Assembly (NCBI GenBank): GCA_965223665.1
Contig: OZ245011.1
Coordinates: 1,632,001 to 1,696,000, forward strand
Direction: 5' to 3'
DNA from: Nitrospinaceae bacterium
GTDB taxonomy: Bacteria; Nitrospinota; Nitrospinia; Nitrospinales; Nitrospinaceae
DNA: 64,000 bases
A program made the translations under genes and the position numbers. The notes below the pieces were generated by a model. It saw only the letters and a list, made by a program, of their open reading frames with translations. It ran no database searches and was not told the origin of the DNA. Below are positions 10,258 through 20,866 of the stretch, piece after piece. The first letter of the stretch is position 1, and each line of letters begins with the position of its first letter.

Positions 10258-13200
10258 ATGAGTTTTGAAGATAAAATCCAACAAATTTCTGAAAAAGAGT
10301 TTACGCAATTAGCTCGGGAAGGAAAGTTTAAGGAAACCACAAACCTGGCTCTTTTTCCAGCATGGTTAAATCTAAATTTATTAACTGAAGATGAAATCCA
10401 AGAATTCCCAAAAGAGATTAGAAGTGCTGAAACGATCTATCAATTGGATGGATTGAAAGATTGGTCTATTTTCAATTCACACAATTTTTCTTTAATTACA
10501 ACACTTTCATTAGTTGATTTAAGACTAGACACTATAGGGATTGATTATCTTGCACAACTCGAAAATCTGACTTCACTTGTTCTTGCAGGTAAACAAATAG
10601 GCGATGCAGGATCCCAGCATCTTGCAAAACTTACCAACCTCGATTCTCTCCTTCTTTACAATAATCGAATCGGCGATACCGGAGCCAAGTACCTGGCACA
10701 ACTCGAAAACCTCACTTCTCTGCATCTTAATAACAACCAAATCGGCGAGGCAGGAGCCCAATACCTGGCACATCTCCAAAACCTGCAAATCCTCGACCTG
10801 GGACACAATGAAATCGGCGAGGCAGGAGCTAAGCACCTGGCACAACTCACCAACCTCAATTCCCTTAATCTTGCGCACAACCAAATCGGCGATGCCGGAG
10901 CCCAATACCTGGCACATCTCCAAAACCTGCAAATCCTCGACCTGGGACACAATGAAATCGGCAATGCCGGAGCCCAGCACCTGGCACAACTCACCAACCT
11001 CAATTCACTTGATCTTAGATACAACCAAATCGGCGAGGCAGGAGCCCAATACCTGGCACATCTCCAAAACCTGCAAATCCTCGACCTGGGACACAATGAA
11101 ATCGGCAATGCCGGAGCCCAGCACCTGGCCAAACTCAAAAACCTTGTTTCACTTGATCTTTACAAAAATAAAATTGGCGAAACCGGAGCTAAGCACCTGG
11201 CACAACTCACCAACCTCAATTCCCTTAATCTTGCGCACAACCAAATCGGAGAGGCCGGAGCCGAGCACCTGGCACAACTCAAAAACCTCAATTCACTTAA
11301 TCTTACATACAACCGAATCGGCGAAGCGGGAGCCGAACACCTGGCCAAACTCAAAAATCTTATTTCACTTGATCTTGGATCAAACCAAATCGACGATGCA
11401 GGAGCCGAGCACCTGGCACAACTTGAAAACCTCACTTCTCTGCATCTTAATAGCAACCAAATCGGCGTTGCCGGAGCTGAGCACCTGGCAAAACTCGCCA
11501 ACCTCCATTCACTTAATCTTGCATACAACCAAATCGGCGAGGCCGGAGCCGAGCACCTGGCACAACTCAAAAACCTCAATTCACTTAATCTTACATACAA
11601 CCGAATCGGCGAAGCGGGAGCCGAACACCTGGCCAAACTCAAAAATCTTATTTCACTTGATCTTGGATCAAACCAAATCGACGATGCAGGAGCCGAGCAC
11701 CTGGCACAACTTGAAAACCTTACCTCACTTACTCTTGTAAATAACCGAATCGGCAAGACCGGAACCCAACACTTGGGACAACTGAAAAACCTTATTTCAC
11801 TTGATCTTGGATCAAACCAAATCGACGATGCAGGAGCCGAGCACCTGGCACAACTCAAAAACCTTATTTCACTTAATCTTAGTAACAACCAAATCGACGA
11901 TGCAGGAGCCGAGCACTTGGCACAACTCAAAAACCTTATTTCACTTAATCTTAGAAACAACCAAATCGGCGATGTCGGAATGAAATCTCTATCCAACTTG
12001 AATCAACTCGCTGAACTCAACCTGGTCGATAACAAAATCAGTGACCTAACTCCACTAAGAAGCATTATTGAAAAAGGTATACCGGTTGAATGGGACGAAT
12101 ACGGCATGGGAATTTTAGTTGTAAACTGTCCGCTAAAACATCCACCGCCGGAAGTCGTTCAATCAGGTCACGATGCGGTTTTAAATTATTTCCGTGAAAT
12201 CGACGCGCAAGGAAAAGATCAGCTTTACGAGGCAAAGGTGTTATTGGTGGGCGAAGGCCGTTCCGGAAAAACCAGTTTGATGCGGCGATTGTATTATCCC
12301 GATCTTCCATTGCCTGAGGAAGATGAAACGACTAAGGGGATTCATATTCATCCACAGGAATTTCCTATGGCCAATGGACGAAATTTTCGTCTTAACGTTT
12401 GGGATTTTGGGGGACAACAGATTTACCACGCTACGCATCAGTTTTTTCTTACCAAACGTTCCCTCTACATACTTTTGGACGATACAGCAAAGGACGATAA
12501 AACGATTCATGATCCTGTATTTAAGTATTGGCTGGGGGTGGTAGAACTGCTTGGCGAGAAAAGTCCTCTATTGATTTTTCAAAATGAAAAAGGTGACCGA
12601 AGTAAGGACATTGATATTAGTGGAATTAAGAATCGGTTTCCGAATGTAAAAGAGGTTTATCACGGCAATTTAAAGTATAAAAAATCTGTTGAGGAGTTAA
12701 ACCAATCCATTCAGTTTTTTGTACAGAAACTTCCACATATCGGCGATGAAGTTCCCGCCAAGTGGGTTTCGATTCGGGATGAAATTGAAACTATTGCCAA
12801 GAATAATGCCTGCATCACTGAGAATGAATATTTTGAAATCTATGGGAAACATCTTGAGTTTGATCGGGACAAAGCCAGGCACTTGAGTCAATACCTGCAT
12901 GACCTGGGAGTATTCCTGCATTTCCAGGATAAGGATTTGTTACAGCGTATTGTCATTTTGCAAAACGAGTGGGCCACCGCCGCAGTGTTTCGGATCCTTG
13001 ACGATATGCAGACTAAAGTCAACTTGGGACGGTTCACCGATGCAGATTGTGAGAGGATCTGGGGCGATTCCCAGTATGCCGACATGCATCCGGAACTTCG
13101 AGCACTGATGGAGAATTTCGAGCTCTGCTATAAGTTACCTGATAAAGAACCCACCACCTGGCTGGCTCCGCAGTTGCTACCGGCTTCAATGCCTGAATCG

Positions 13201-14268
13201 TTAGCAGATTGGGGACAGGTCGGTGATTTGGTGCTGAGTTATTGTTATGACTTTCTTCCTCGAGGACTTGTCAACCGCCTGATGGTACGGATGCATCATT
13301 TCGTTAAGCAACCGGAATTGGCCTGGACTGATGGAGCGTTATTTCAGCATGAAGACAGTCAACTATTGATCAAGACTACTATTCGAGGAGACGAGTTAGT
13401 ATTACGCGCTCGCGGCCCTCAACGTAAAGAGTTGATGAGCGTGATTTCCAGCGACCTTGATACCTTAAACACCACTTATGGAGATTTAAAAAAGAAAGTA
13501 AACAAACGAGTGCCCTGCATTTGTCCCAAATGCCTTAATTCATCCGAACCTCATTTGTATGAGGAGAAAAAACTTTTAAATCGAAAGGAGAAAAACAAAC
13601 TCACCATTGAATGCGAAGAAAGCTTTGAAGATGTGAAAGTATTAGAGTTGCTCGACGGCCTCAAGCTTGACAAACTTCCCCCCTGGGCAGAGGATCCTTC
13701 TAAAAAGTCACCGGAGGATCAAAATAAAAATGGCTCCATGGAAAACCGTTCACCTAAAAGTTCATCTACCGCTTCACTCAAGACTATTAGAATTTTCCTC
13801 GCATCCTCCAAAGAACTTGCAGAAGAACGCGACGCTTTTGAATTGTATTTTCGTCAGCAAAATGATTCTTTCCGTGATAAGGGATATTATCTAGAAATCA
13901 TTCGTTGGGAAAATTCTATTGAATCAATATCAGAAACGCGAATGCAAGATGAATATAATAAAAAGATAAAAGCATCCCATCTTTTTGTGAGTCTATTTTC
14001 TACAAAAGCCGGCAAATACACAGTAGAGGAATTTGAAGTAGCCCATCAGAACTTCAAAGAAAATGGAAAACCAAAAGTGTATACGTATTTCAAAAACTCG
14101 CAAGTTAATATGGAAGATGCTGATCGAGAAGCATTAAATTCCTTTTGGGCGTTCAAGGATAAACTCATTGAACTGGAGCACTTTTACTCAACCTACAATG
14201 ACATTGAGCACCTGAAACTAAAATTTTCTGATCAACTGCAAAAGTTGATGAATGAAGGTTTGATCTAA
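10258..14268 (+). CDS. Roco protein: LRR - Roc GTPase - COR - Cys cluster - TIR-like (DUF4062-like) C-terminal domain
   Basis: About 21 LRRs of 24 aa; P-loop GEGRSGKTSL; WDFGGQ..Y.ATHQFF; COR region LHDLG...ILQNEW; CICPKC; C-terminal IRIFLASSKELAEER...F.SLF..KAG.YT..EF. Confidence 0.92.
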   Translation: MSFEDKIQQISEKEFTQLAREGKFKETTNLALFPAWLNLNLLTEDEIQEFPKEIRSAETIYQLDGLKDWSIFNSHNFSLITTLSLVDLRLDTIGIDYLAQLENLTSLVLAGKQIGDAGSQHLAKLTNLDSLLLYNNRIGDTGAKYLAQLENLTSLHLNNNQIGEAGAQYLAHLQNLQILDLGHNEIGEAGAKHLAQLTNLNSLNLAHNQIGDAGAQYLAHLQNLQILDLGHNEIGNAGAQHLAQLTNLNSLDLRYNQIGEAGAQYLAHLQNLQILDLGHNEIGNAGAQHLAKLKNLVSLDLYKNKIGETGAKHLAQLTNLNSLNLAHNQIGEAGAEHLAQLKNLNSLNLTYNRIGEAGAEHLAKLKNLISLDLGSNQIDDAGAEHLAQLENLTSLHLNSNQIGVAGAEHLAKLANLHSLNLAYNQIGEAGAEHLAQLKNLNSLNLTYNRIGEAGAEHLAKLKNLISLDLGSNQIDDAGAEHLAQLENLTSLTLVNNRIGKTGTQHLGQLKNLISLDLGSNQIDDAGAEHLAQLKNLISLNLSNNQIDDAGAEHLAQLKNLISLNLRNNQIGDVGMKSLSNLNQLAELNLVDNKISDLTPLRSIIEKGIPVEWDEYGMGILVVNCPLKHPPPEVVQSGHDAVLNYFREIDAQGKDQLYEAKVLLVGEGRSGKTSLMRRLYYPDLPLPEEDETTKGIHIHPQEFPMANGRNFRLNVWDFGGQQIYHATHQFFLTKRSLYILLDDTAKDDKTIHDPVFKYWLGVVELLGEKSPLLIFQNEKGDRSKDIDISGIKNRFPNVKEVYHGNLKYKKSVEELNQSIQFFVQKLPHIGDEVPAKWVSIRDEIETIAKNNACITENEYFEIYGKHLEFDRDKARHLSQYLHDLGVFLHFQDKDLLQRIVILQNEWATAAVFRILDDMQTKVNLGRFTDADCERIWGDSQYADMHPELRALMENFELCYKLPDKEPTTWLAPQLLPASMPESLADWGQVGDLVLSYCYDFLPRGLVNRLMVRMHHFVKQPELAWTDGALFQHEDSQLLIKTTIRGDELVLRARGPQRKELMSVISSDLDTLNTTYGDLKKKVNKRVPCICPKCLNSSEPHLYEEKKLLNRKEKNKLTIECEESFEDVKVLELLDGLKLDKLPPWAEDPSKKSPEDQNKNGSMENRSPKSSSTASLKTIRIFLASSKELAEERDAFELYFRQQNDSFRDKGYYLEIIRWENSIESISETRMQDEYNKKIKASHLFVSLFSTKAGKYTVEEFEVAHQNFKENGKPKVYTYFKNSQVNMEDADREALNSFWAFKDKLIELEHFYSTYNDIEHLKLKFSDQLQKLMNEGLI
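10549..11990 (+). repeat. Intragenic 72-bp tandem repeats encoding LRRs
   Basis: About 20 units with highly similar DNA, e.g. recurring GGAGCCGAGCACCTGGCACAACTC. Confidence 0.95.
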
Positions 14269-14303
14269 ACGCGATTCAAATTTACGGAATCATAAAATGC
14301 AAC

Positions 14304-15161
14304 CTAATTGTTAAGGCCCATTTTTTGTTGGGTTTCGAGGATTTTTTGAGTGGCGCGGGTGTAGGGTTCGATGGCGTTGGCTTTTTCCCACATTTCAATG
14401 GCTTCCCGGTAACGTTTCTGGCCGACCAGAAAGTCCGCATAATTGTCGTACATCCATTTGTTCTCGGGATTATTTTTTATGTTCAGTTTTAACAGTTCCT
14501 CTTTTTTACCCAAGTCTTCCAGATAGACCGCCACTCTCTGTCGATGTGCGTTCACAATGATATGATGAAACTTAAACTTCACGCGTTTTTCAGCTTCTTT
14601 AAAATGATGCAGCGCGTCGTCCCACTGATGCAGCTTTTCATACAAAATGCCTTTGAAGTACCAGGGATAAAAACTTTTTTTGTTCAAATCCATCGCTTCA
14701 TCTAATGAAGCTTCCGCCTTATCATAAGCTTCCAAAAGAATCATCAACCGTCCAAAATGCGCATGCGTCTGGCTTTCCTCGCTATCCACTTGAACCGCCT
14801 TTTCCGCCAACTCGCCGGCTCTGTAGACGCTATCCTTATCGAAATTACTCATGCTGTACCAATCCCGACCGCCATACCCTTTCACAATAAAATACAGGGA
14901 AGATGCCAGGTACACCCACGGATCGTTCGGATCCTGCTTCTCCGCTTCTTCAATTTTGGAAACAGCGTCCTGAATTTTTCTCCAATTGAACACATTACCT
15001 TCGATTTGATAATACGCTTCCTGTGCCAAAGAGTGATCATGGGAATCAGCTTCAGCTACTGCACTCAAGCAAGACGCCTTCATACCCACAAATACATTTC
15101 CCACGGCAATACTACCCAGAAGCGTTGCTGTTAATATTGGTAAATGTAATTTGTTTATCAT
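14304..15161 (-). CDS. Exported TPR-repeat protein
   Basis: AAAGGA RBS before the ATG at 15161; N-terminal hydrophobic segment; TPR patterns such as YFKGILYEKL and YREAIEMWEKANAIEP. Confidence 0.8.
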   Translation of the reverse strand: MINKLHLPILTATLLGSIAVGNVFVGMKASCLSAVAEADSHDHSLAQEAYYQIEGNVFNWRKIQDAVSKIEEAEKQDPNDPWVYLASSLYFIVKGYGGRDWYSMSNFDKDSVYRAGELAEKAVQVDSEESQTHAHFGRLMILLEAYDKAEASLDEAMDLNKKSFYPWYFKGILYEKLHQWDDALHHFKEAEKRVKFKFHHIIVNAHRQRVAVYLEDLGKKEELLKLNIKNNPENKWMYDNYADFLVGQKRYREAIEMWEKANAIEPYTRATQKILETQQKMGLNN

Positions 15162-15192
15162 GATGTATCCTTTAAATCGTTCGATTAAACCG

Positions 15193-15765
15193 TTACAAAA
15201 AATCCAGCGCACAGAGGTGGTCAAAGAAAGCTCGCTTGTTCATGGCGCTTTCCTTTGGAAACTGGCCCATCAAAGTTTCGTAAGCCTTAATTAATTTATT
15301 ATGAGAACTGAGGACCAGCGGATGCCGAGTATACATTTTTTTAAACTCTTGTTTCTTTGACATGGGTGCAATAGCCCATTGATTCAACAATTGCTTCTGC
15401 TCTTCAATCGCTTCCAGCACCAGTCGATGTACGTTCTTTAACGATGTCGGCGTCGGAAGGGTTTTTAGCTTTCGCAGCAATGGATTGATTTTCCGATTGT
15501 ACGCAGACTTTCCTGCATCGCCTTTTCCTTTAAAGTAATAGAGCTGGGATAAATGCTCCAGACGAGCTACCATCGCGTCATCAGTAATCATAAACATCTT
15601 TTTCAGGAACATTTTATTCTGACCGGAGACCCTGGAGGTAATCTTATCAAATGTAGTTTGCCGATGCGGAATCGATCGATACGCCTGATCCACAGACATG
15701 GCCTGCCCCTGTGAAACCACAATGAACCCCAATAAAATAAATCCTGTTAAACTTTTTAGCTTCAT
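15193..15765 (-). CDS. Secreted helical hypothetical protein
   Basis: GGAGGA RBS; the ATG overlaps the upstream stop (ATGA); signal peptide ending in GQA; C-terminus HLCALDFL. Confidence 0.75.
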   Translation of the reverse strand: MKLKSLTGFILLGFIVVSQGQAMSVDQAYRSIPHRQTTFDKITSRVSGQNKMFLKKMFMITDDAMVARLEHLSQLYYFKGKGDAGKSAYNRKINPLLRKLKTLPTPTSLKNVHRLVLEAIEEQKQLLNQWAIAPMSKKQEFKKMYTRHPLVLSSHNKLIKAYETLMGQFPKESAMNKRAFFDHLCALDFL

Positions 15766-16436
15766 GATGTCCTCCCTGAACGTTCCATTAACACTTGCGG
15801 GACCATGGGTAATAAATCGGTCCATAAATTATGCTTCGGGTTGTGACCGGTAGCGTCTGATCGCAATTGAAATTCTTTATCAATTAACTGGTAACCCGGA
15901 ATTAAATCGTAGCTGGCCTGACTCCGCATATCTTTTGCGGGAATAACCACGAAATGATTGTTCTTACTTTCCATTCCAAAATGTTTGGCCCAGCCCTTCG
16001 CATCCTCTACCGTGGGATGCCCCAACTTTAAGTCGTATAGAAGAAACTCTACCAGCACAATACCTTCATCCTCCAAACGCAAACCGCCGGTATACGATTT
16101 AAAATATCCCTCAAAATCTTCCAGGCCGTTTTGTGGTTTGATGTTGCCATACGATCCCTTTTTATGCGCGCCGGCGAATGATTGACACGCCGGACAGTTC
16201 ATTCCGATCGGTTCGATTAAGATGACTTTGCCTTTAAACCGCGACAGATTCCATTGGTTGCCATCCTGATCGATAAACTCAAGATCCGGATACGTGCTGC
16301 CAATCTGAGGGGGCCAATTGGTAAAGTTACTTTTTGGAACCGCGGTGTTCTTTTTAGAATATCCCCAGTTATAACCAATGCTGATGAGAGCCAGAACCAA
16401 GAAGCCCAAAAATACTTCCCATTTAACGCTTCGCAT
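15762..16436 (-). CDS. Membrane-anchored thioredoxin-fold (redoxin/TlpA-like) protein
   Basis: YPDLEFIDQDG..WNLSRFKGKVILI...CPAC CxxC motif; IPGYQLID. Confidence 0.75.
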   Translation of the reverse strand: MRSVKWEVFLGFLVLALISIGYNWGYSKKNTAVPKSNFTNWPPQIGSTYPDLEFIDQDGNQWNLSRFKGKVILIEPIGMNCPACQSFAGAHKKGSYGNIKPQNGLEDFEGYFKSYTGGLRLEDEGIVLVEFLLYDLKLGHPTVEDAKGWAKHFGMESKNNHFVVIPAKDMRSQASYDLIPGYQLIDKEFQLRSDATGHNPKHNLWTDLLPMVPQVLMERSGRTS

Positions 16437-17202
16437 GGTGAATCTCCTTAATTAATTTTTTTGCTTCTTTCCAATTGCGGTGTTTGGGATTCTTTTTTAT
16501 AAACTCTTCCAATGAAACTCGTGCCAGCTCAACCATCCCGGCATCCAAATAACTTTTTCCAAGCCAGTACCTGGCGTTTCCGTGATTGGGTTCCTTTTTT
16601 AAAACTTTTAGAAATTCGGGAAAGGCTTTCCAATATTCTCCGTTGTAGTAAAACCCCATTCCCTGAATCATATGCTGGTTCACTTCCGGATATTTGTCTG
16701 CTCTTAAATCCAGAAATGAAGAAGGACCGAATCGGTCCAATTGCTCCACAATTCGCTTTGCATAGGTTTGGCAGCCCTCCGCCAAAGATTCAATCGGCAT
16801 TTGCAGCGTCTCGGTAGCCACCAAGCGGGTGGATTCGGTTTCATAAACCAGGGTTTGCACCTCGACTTTTTTCCGGTCCACCCAAAAGTTCCCTGCCAGA
16901 ATATAACGGGCGGCAGCCAGGCGACCAATCTTTGCCATTGTTTCCTTATCCATCGAAGCTTCGTAACGCAACCCTTGCTCGCGGATTAAAGCATCCATAT
17001 AGTCGCGATCCAATATCTTTATTGATTTTGAATGCGAGGACAGACACACCTGCAAAATATCCGGAATGCCCTCAGCCAGAGTTTGATGATTTTGCTCCAC
17101 CGACATGGCATTGAAAGGAAGTATCATCAAAGATATTTTTTGTTGAGGCAGAGCCTGCGCGGTGCTGTGAATCAGAAGTATCACAAATAATAATGCCCTC
17201 AC
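16423..17202 (-). CDS. Exported CsgG/TolB-N/FlgO-like domain plus TPR protein
   Basis: ILPF...LDR..MDALIREQGL...KIGRLAAARYILAG; C-terminal TPR ARYWLGKSY. Confidence 0.75.
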   Translation of the reverse strand: MRALLFVILLIHSTAQALPQQKISLMILPFNAMSVEQNHQTLAEGIPDILQVCLSSHSKSIKILDRDYMDALIREQGLRYEASMDKETMAKIGRLAAARYILAGNFWVDRKKVEVQTLVYETESTRLVATETLQMPIESLAEGCQTYAKRIVEQLDRFGPSSFLDLRADKYPEVNQHMIQGMGFYYNGEYWKAFPEFLKVLKKEPNHGNARYWLGKSYLDAGMVELARVSLEEFIKKNPKHRNWKEAKKLIKEIHHAKR

Positions 17203-20200
17203 GGTTCCCTCCGATCCAACTTATAAACCCCGTCGTACCAGGTTCCAACCCATACCCGCCCCTGCCTGTCGATATCCAGCGCACTGGGTGTATCGATAAA
17301 CCGCTGCGGTGGATTGTACAGCGTGTTGTTCACTCCATCAAAATAACCAATGCCATAAGAACGCGCCTGACCATCGGCCCCATACCAAACCCCCTTTTCC
17401 GGGGCGGAGATCAACATTCCAATGCGGTCATAAACAATGCTTGAATTTTTCGGTGAGAACATTTTCCACTTACTATTTTTGAAACGAGCCAAACCTTTAC
17501 CATCCACAGCCGCCCAAAGGCTGCCTTTGGCATCCACCGTCAAATCGTTCACTCGTCCATGAAAAACACCAATGGACGCAGGTTCCTTGTTTCCGATTTG
17601 ATGGATACTTCCTTCTTCCGTTCCTACTGTAAAGTTACCCCTAACCCTTTCAGTAAGCGCGGTGATGCCAGAGGGAAAAGTTTGACTCGTAGTAACCTGA
17701 TTATCTTTAAAATGTATGAACTGACCTTTCGTCGTCCCGACCAATAACCCGCCACTGGCTTCGGCGCATTTAATGACGGAGATGGCCCCTTGCGCTTGCG
17801 GAATACGCACGCGTTGAGTTATGAGCGGCTCAAAGGATCGAAACATTTTTGAGTTGACGCTGACTTTACCCACTTCCGGAACTTCATGAAACCGCGAGGA
17901 CACCCAGGCATGGTTATTCGAACAAGCCGCAATATCGGTAATAAAGTTATGAAAGAATCCGTTGGACACATCCTGCACAGAAAACGACTCCCCTTTCAAA
18001 CTCATGATGCCGCTTTCGATACCCCACCACACTCGTCCATTCGGTGCCAGGGCCAACGCCGTCACATCCGGAAGAATAAATCGTTTGTGCGCAAAAATTC
18101 GGTCCCACTGATTCCCCGAAAGATCCCGATCCGTTTCTGTATAGATAACTCCGTTGCCGGTATTTCCGGAATGCGTCGTGAAATTTTTGTACCGATAAAT
18201 CCCCACTCCCTGTTTTTGTTTGAGCGCTATAAGGTAATTGCCCTTGTCGACCGCGGTCACGGCAAACGGTTCCATCAACGCGCGACTGACTAAATCGAGT
18301 TTAGGCAGATTCACGTCGGGATCGAAATGCGCATATTGCAATCCATAAACATTATCCGAAAGCAGCAAAGTTAAACGTCCGTCCGATTTAGGAATCAATT
18401 GAAGAGAATGGACTTTGCTGGAGTCCTGATCACAGGCGCAATGCAGTTTGAACAACTTCTGTTTCCATTGGCGACCTTCATTGGAACTGTAAAGTTGTGG
18501 CCTGCCTTTACTTGAAAATAAGGCCAGTCGGTAAACGCCTTTTGCATCCTGCACCAGTGAAGGTCCATACACAGGACCGCGGGTAGAAATTTCTGCAACC
18601 TGTTCCCATTGTTTCAGGTCGGATGATTTTAAAACCACCAAACTGTTACTCACATAGGAATAGTAAGCCAATACCCATTGGCCTCGGCGGTTTTGCATCA
18701 CCGCGTATTCCAGGACACTTGGGATCGCTGATTGTGTGTTTCTTTTAAATTTAACTTTTTTTGCTTTGTCCACCACTTTAAGAAATGCATCTTTCCAGGT
18801 TCCCAGCTTTGATTTTGAAGCGAGCAATTGTGACATCGCTTTCCAGGGTTTATGCTTTTCCAAAGGTACGCGAACCGGAGGTGACCATTCGCCTTTTACC
18901 GGTAAGTAACTGGTCCATAACTCCCAATCTCTTCCTCGTTGCTGAGAAAGCCAGAACAATCGGAGACTGCCGTCTTCCGCCGGAACGAGTCGCGGATAAT
19001 ATTCTCCACTGGAAGAATTGAACGGTAACTTCATCGGCGGCGCCCAAAGCGCTCCGTCTTTACTTTGCGAATACCACAAATCACTTTCCGCATTATTCAA
19101 TGCTCCGGAAAGAGTGACCAAACCAATCCGTCCACTACGATCCATGGCCAGGGACATTTCTTTTTTTGGCATATAAAAATAATTATTACGGTTGCTGCCG
19201 GTGAACTTACCATCCGGAAAAGGAATCGTATTTAAATGAAGTGCTTCAGAATTCTTTTTTAGTTTCGCGGTGAGCGGAAGTGATTTTTTAAGGGGATTAC
19301 TTACTTTTTGAACATAGCCTTTGATCTCCCAATCCTTCACATTTCCGTTAGAGGCTCCTACTTCCACCACAATGATTTTGCGGTTGTCTCCATGAAACGT
19401 CACTTCTTTCCGCAAGGTGGTGAATTTAGTGGTCTGCCCGTAAAGCGTCCCCAACCAGGAGTTGGTAATTTCTCTCGGCAAAGGAAACGGATGCACCCGT
19501 ATTCGAAAACTGTCTCCCGATTGTCCACCGGACAACCCTTTCCTGAAAACTTTTCCGGTGACCTCCATCGCCACACCAGTCATTTCGTAACCGTGGGGAA
19601 CCGCCACCGCATAGTACCGTTCCTCCCATCCCTGGTGCGGTCGCACATCTTTAAAGAAAGGCTTTGTGGTTTTATGCCCGGTGAATTTCAAAAACGGTTT
19701 CTTTGGATCTAAAAGATATGCTCCCACCGGTAACCGAGGCAATCGTTTGCGATTTAAATTTTTAGTGAGATCCGGGACCATTGCTATCATTTGCCGGTCA
19801 GCTTCCCAATGCAATGTAGAAGCATGATGCCAGGTGAAGTAAGAAGAGTTGCGTGTGCCGGGCTTGCGATATTTTCTTCCTAAAGAATATTTTTTATAAA
19901 ATGTATTGACGCGTTGAAGCGCCTGATAGGCCTGCTTTTTCTGATTGCTATTGGAAAGGAGACCGCCTAACCGAAACCACGCTTCGATATTGTGCGAAGT
20001 GACCGGTTGTTTTTGCGAAAGCGTTTTGTAAATTTCAATCGCCTGCTTTCGGTCCATCAACCGTTGTTCCGTCAACAGCCCGGCAAACATCATAGCGTCT
20101 TGAGCTTCAACAGACGCCGGCGATTTTTTAAAAAGCTTTTTATAAATAAGAGCCGCTTCCTTGAGTTGCCCCTGAGCCTCCAAAGCCCGACCCATCCAGA

Positions 20201-20858
20201 GATTCGCTTCGCGGTAAGCAGGATCGTTTTTGGAGGCGGCAAAAAACCGGCCAAACGCATCGGCATATTGACCGCGGTCAAACAAATCCATTCCGGTATA
20301 AAAGTGTTCCGTCGCCTGGTGAGAATCCGTAACTACAAACCGAATTTTTTTTCTCTCTTCGGCACTCAGCTTCATTCCTTTTTTTTCTATCAGGTCGAGG
20401 GTGACTTGCTGAGTCAACTGGCGCATCTGTTTCAGTTTTCCTGAAGCTTTGGAAATTTTGAGTATCTCTTGCGTATCCATTTCCATCAGAAACACATTCA
20501 AGTGAAGCGTTCTTCCATCCACTTCATAATTTCCGTACAACACCTGGTCGACTTTGGCGACGCGGCCCATACGCAGCGCCTGGTTCTTATCAATCAAACC
20601 AGTCTGACTCAACTCCAGTTCATTCATGTGAGCCTGCATTTGCGAACGGTCCAGAAGAATAAAGGAATCGACCTGTGAAAAGTTTTGCGTAAACTGGTCC
20701 GCCAGTCCTTTGCTTAACCAACCTTGAGGTTCACCTTCCATAGCGGTGAAGGGAATGACCGTTAAATGGATGGGCCGTGGTTTGGAAACACTGGTGCCGG
20801 GGAAAATCAGTAACACCAGAAAACATATTCCTATCCACGTAGCTTGTTTAACCTTCAT
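17199..20858 (-). CDS. Large exported multidomain protein: CsgG-like, TPRs, BNR/Asp-box propeller, two-component-regulator-type propeller
   Basis: LDRSQM...ELELSQTGLID...MGRVAKVD; TPRs; Asp-box-like SKDGALW, SSDLKQW, SNEGRQW; C-terminal DAKGSLWAA and DRQGRVWVGT repeats. Confidence 0.8.
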   Translation of the reverse strand: MKVKQATWIGICFLVLLIFPGTSVSKPRPIHLTVIPFTAMEGEPQGWLSKGLADQFTQNFSQVDSFILLDRSQMQAHMNELELSQTGLIDKNQALRMGRVAKVDQVLYGNYEVDGRTLHLNVFLMEMDTQEILKISKASGKLKQMRQLTQQVTLDLIEKKGMKLSAEERKKIRFVVTDSHQATEHFYTGMDLFDRGQYADAFGRFFAASKNDPAYREANLWMGRALEAQGQLKEAALIYKKLFKKSPASVEAQDAMMFAGLLTEQRLMDRKQAIEIYKTLSQKQPVTSHNIEAWFRLGGLLSNSNQKKQAYQALQRVNTFYKKYSLGRKYRKPGTRNSSYFTWHHASTLHWEADRQMIAMVPDLTKNLNRKRLPRLPVGAYLLDPKKPFLKFTGHKTTKPFFKDVRPHQGWEERYYAVAVPHGYEMTGVAMEVTGKVFRKGLSGGQSGDSFRIRVHPFPLPREITNSWLGTLYGQTTKFTTLRKEVTFHGDNRKIIVVEVGASNGNVKDWEIKGYVQKVSNPLKKSLPLTAKLKKNSEALHLNTIPFPDGKFTGSNRNNYFYMPKKEMSLAMDRSGRIGLVTLSGALNNAESDLWYSQSKDGALWAPPMKLPFNSSSGEYYPRLVPAEDGSLRLFWLSQQRGRDWELWTSYLPVKGEWSPPVRVPLEKHKPWKAMSQLLASKSKLGTWKDAFLKVVDKAKKVKFKRNTQSAIPSVLEYAVMQNRRGQWVLAYYSYVSNSLVVLKSSDLKQWEQVAEISTRGPVYGPSLVQDAKGVYRLALFSSKGRPQLYSSNEGRQWKQKLFKLHCACDQDSSKVHSLQLIPKSDGRLTLLLSDNVYGLQYAHFDPDVNLPKLDLVSRALMEPFAVTAVDKGNYLIALKQKQGVGIYRYKNFTTHSGNTGNGVIYTETDRDLSGNQWDRIFAHKRFILPDVTALALAPNGRVWWGIESGIMSLKGESFSVQDVSNGFFHNFITDIAACSNNHAWVSSRFHEVPEVGKVSVNSKMFRSFEPLITQRVRIPQAQGAISVIKCAEASGGLLVGTTKGQFIHFKDNQVTTSQTFPSGITALTERVRGNFTVGTEEGSIHQIGNKEPASIGVFHGRVNDLTVDAKGSLWAAVDGKGLARFKNSKWKMFSPKNSSIVYDRIGMLISAPEKGVWYGADGQARSYGIGYFDGVNNTLYNPPQRFIDTPSALDIDRQGRVWVGTWYDGVYKLDRREP

Positions 20859-20866
20859 CGACTCCT

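Noticed and set aside
10573-11996. Long alternative-frame and antisense ORFs with repetitive translations; possible CRISPR-like periodicity
   Set aside because: These are shadows of the 72-bp LRR coding repeats; there is no repeat-spacer structure and no cas gene.
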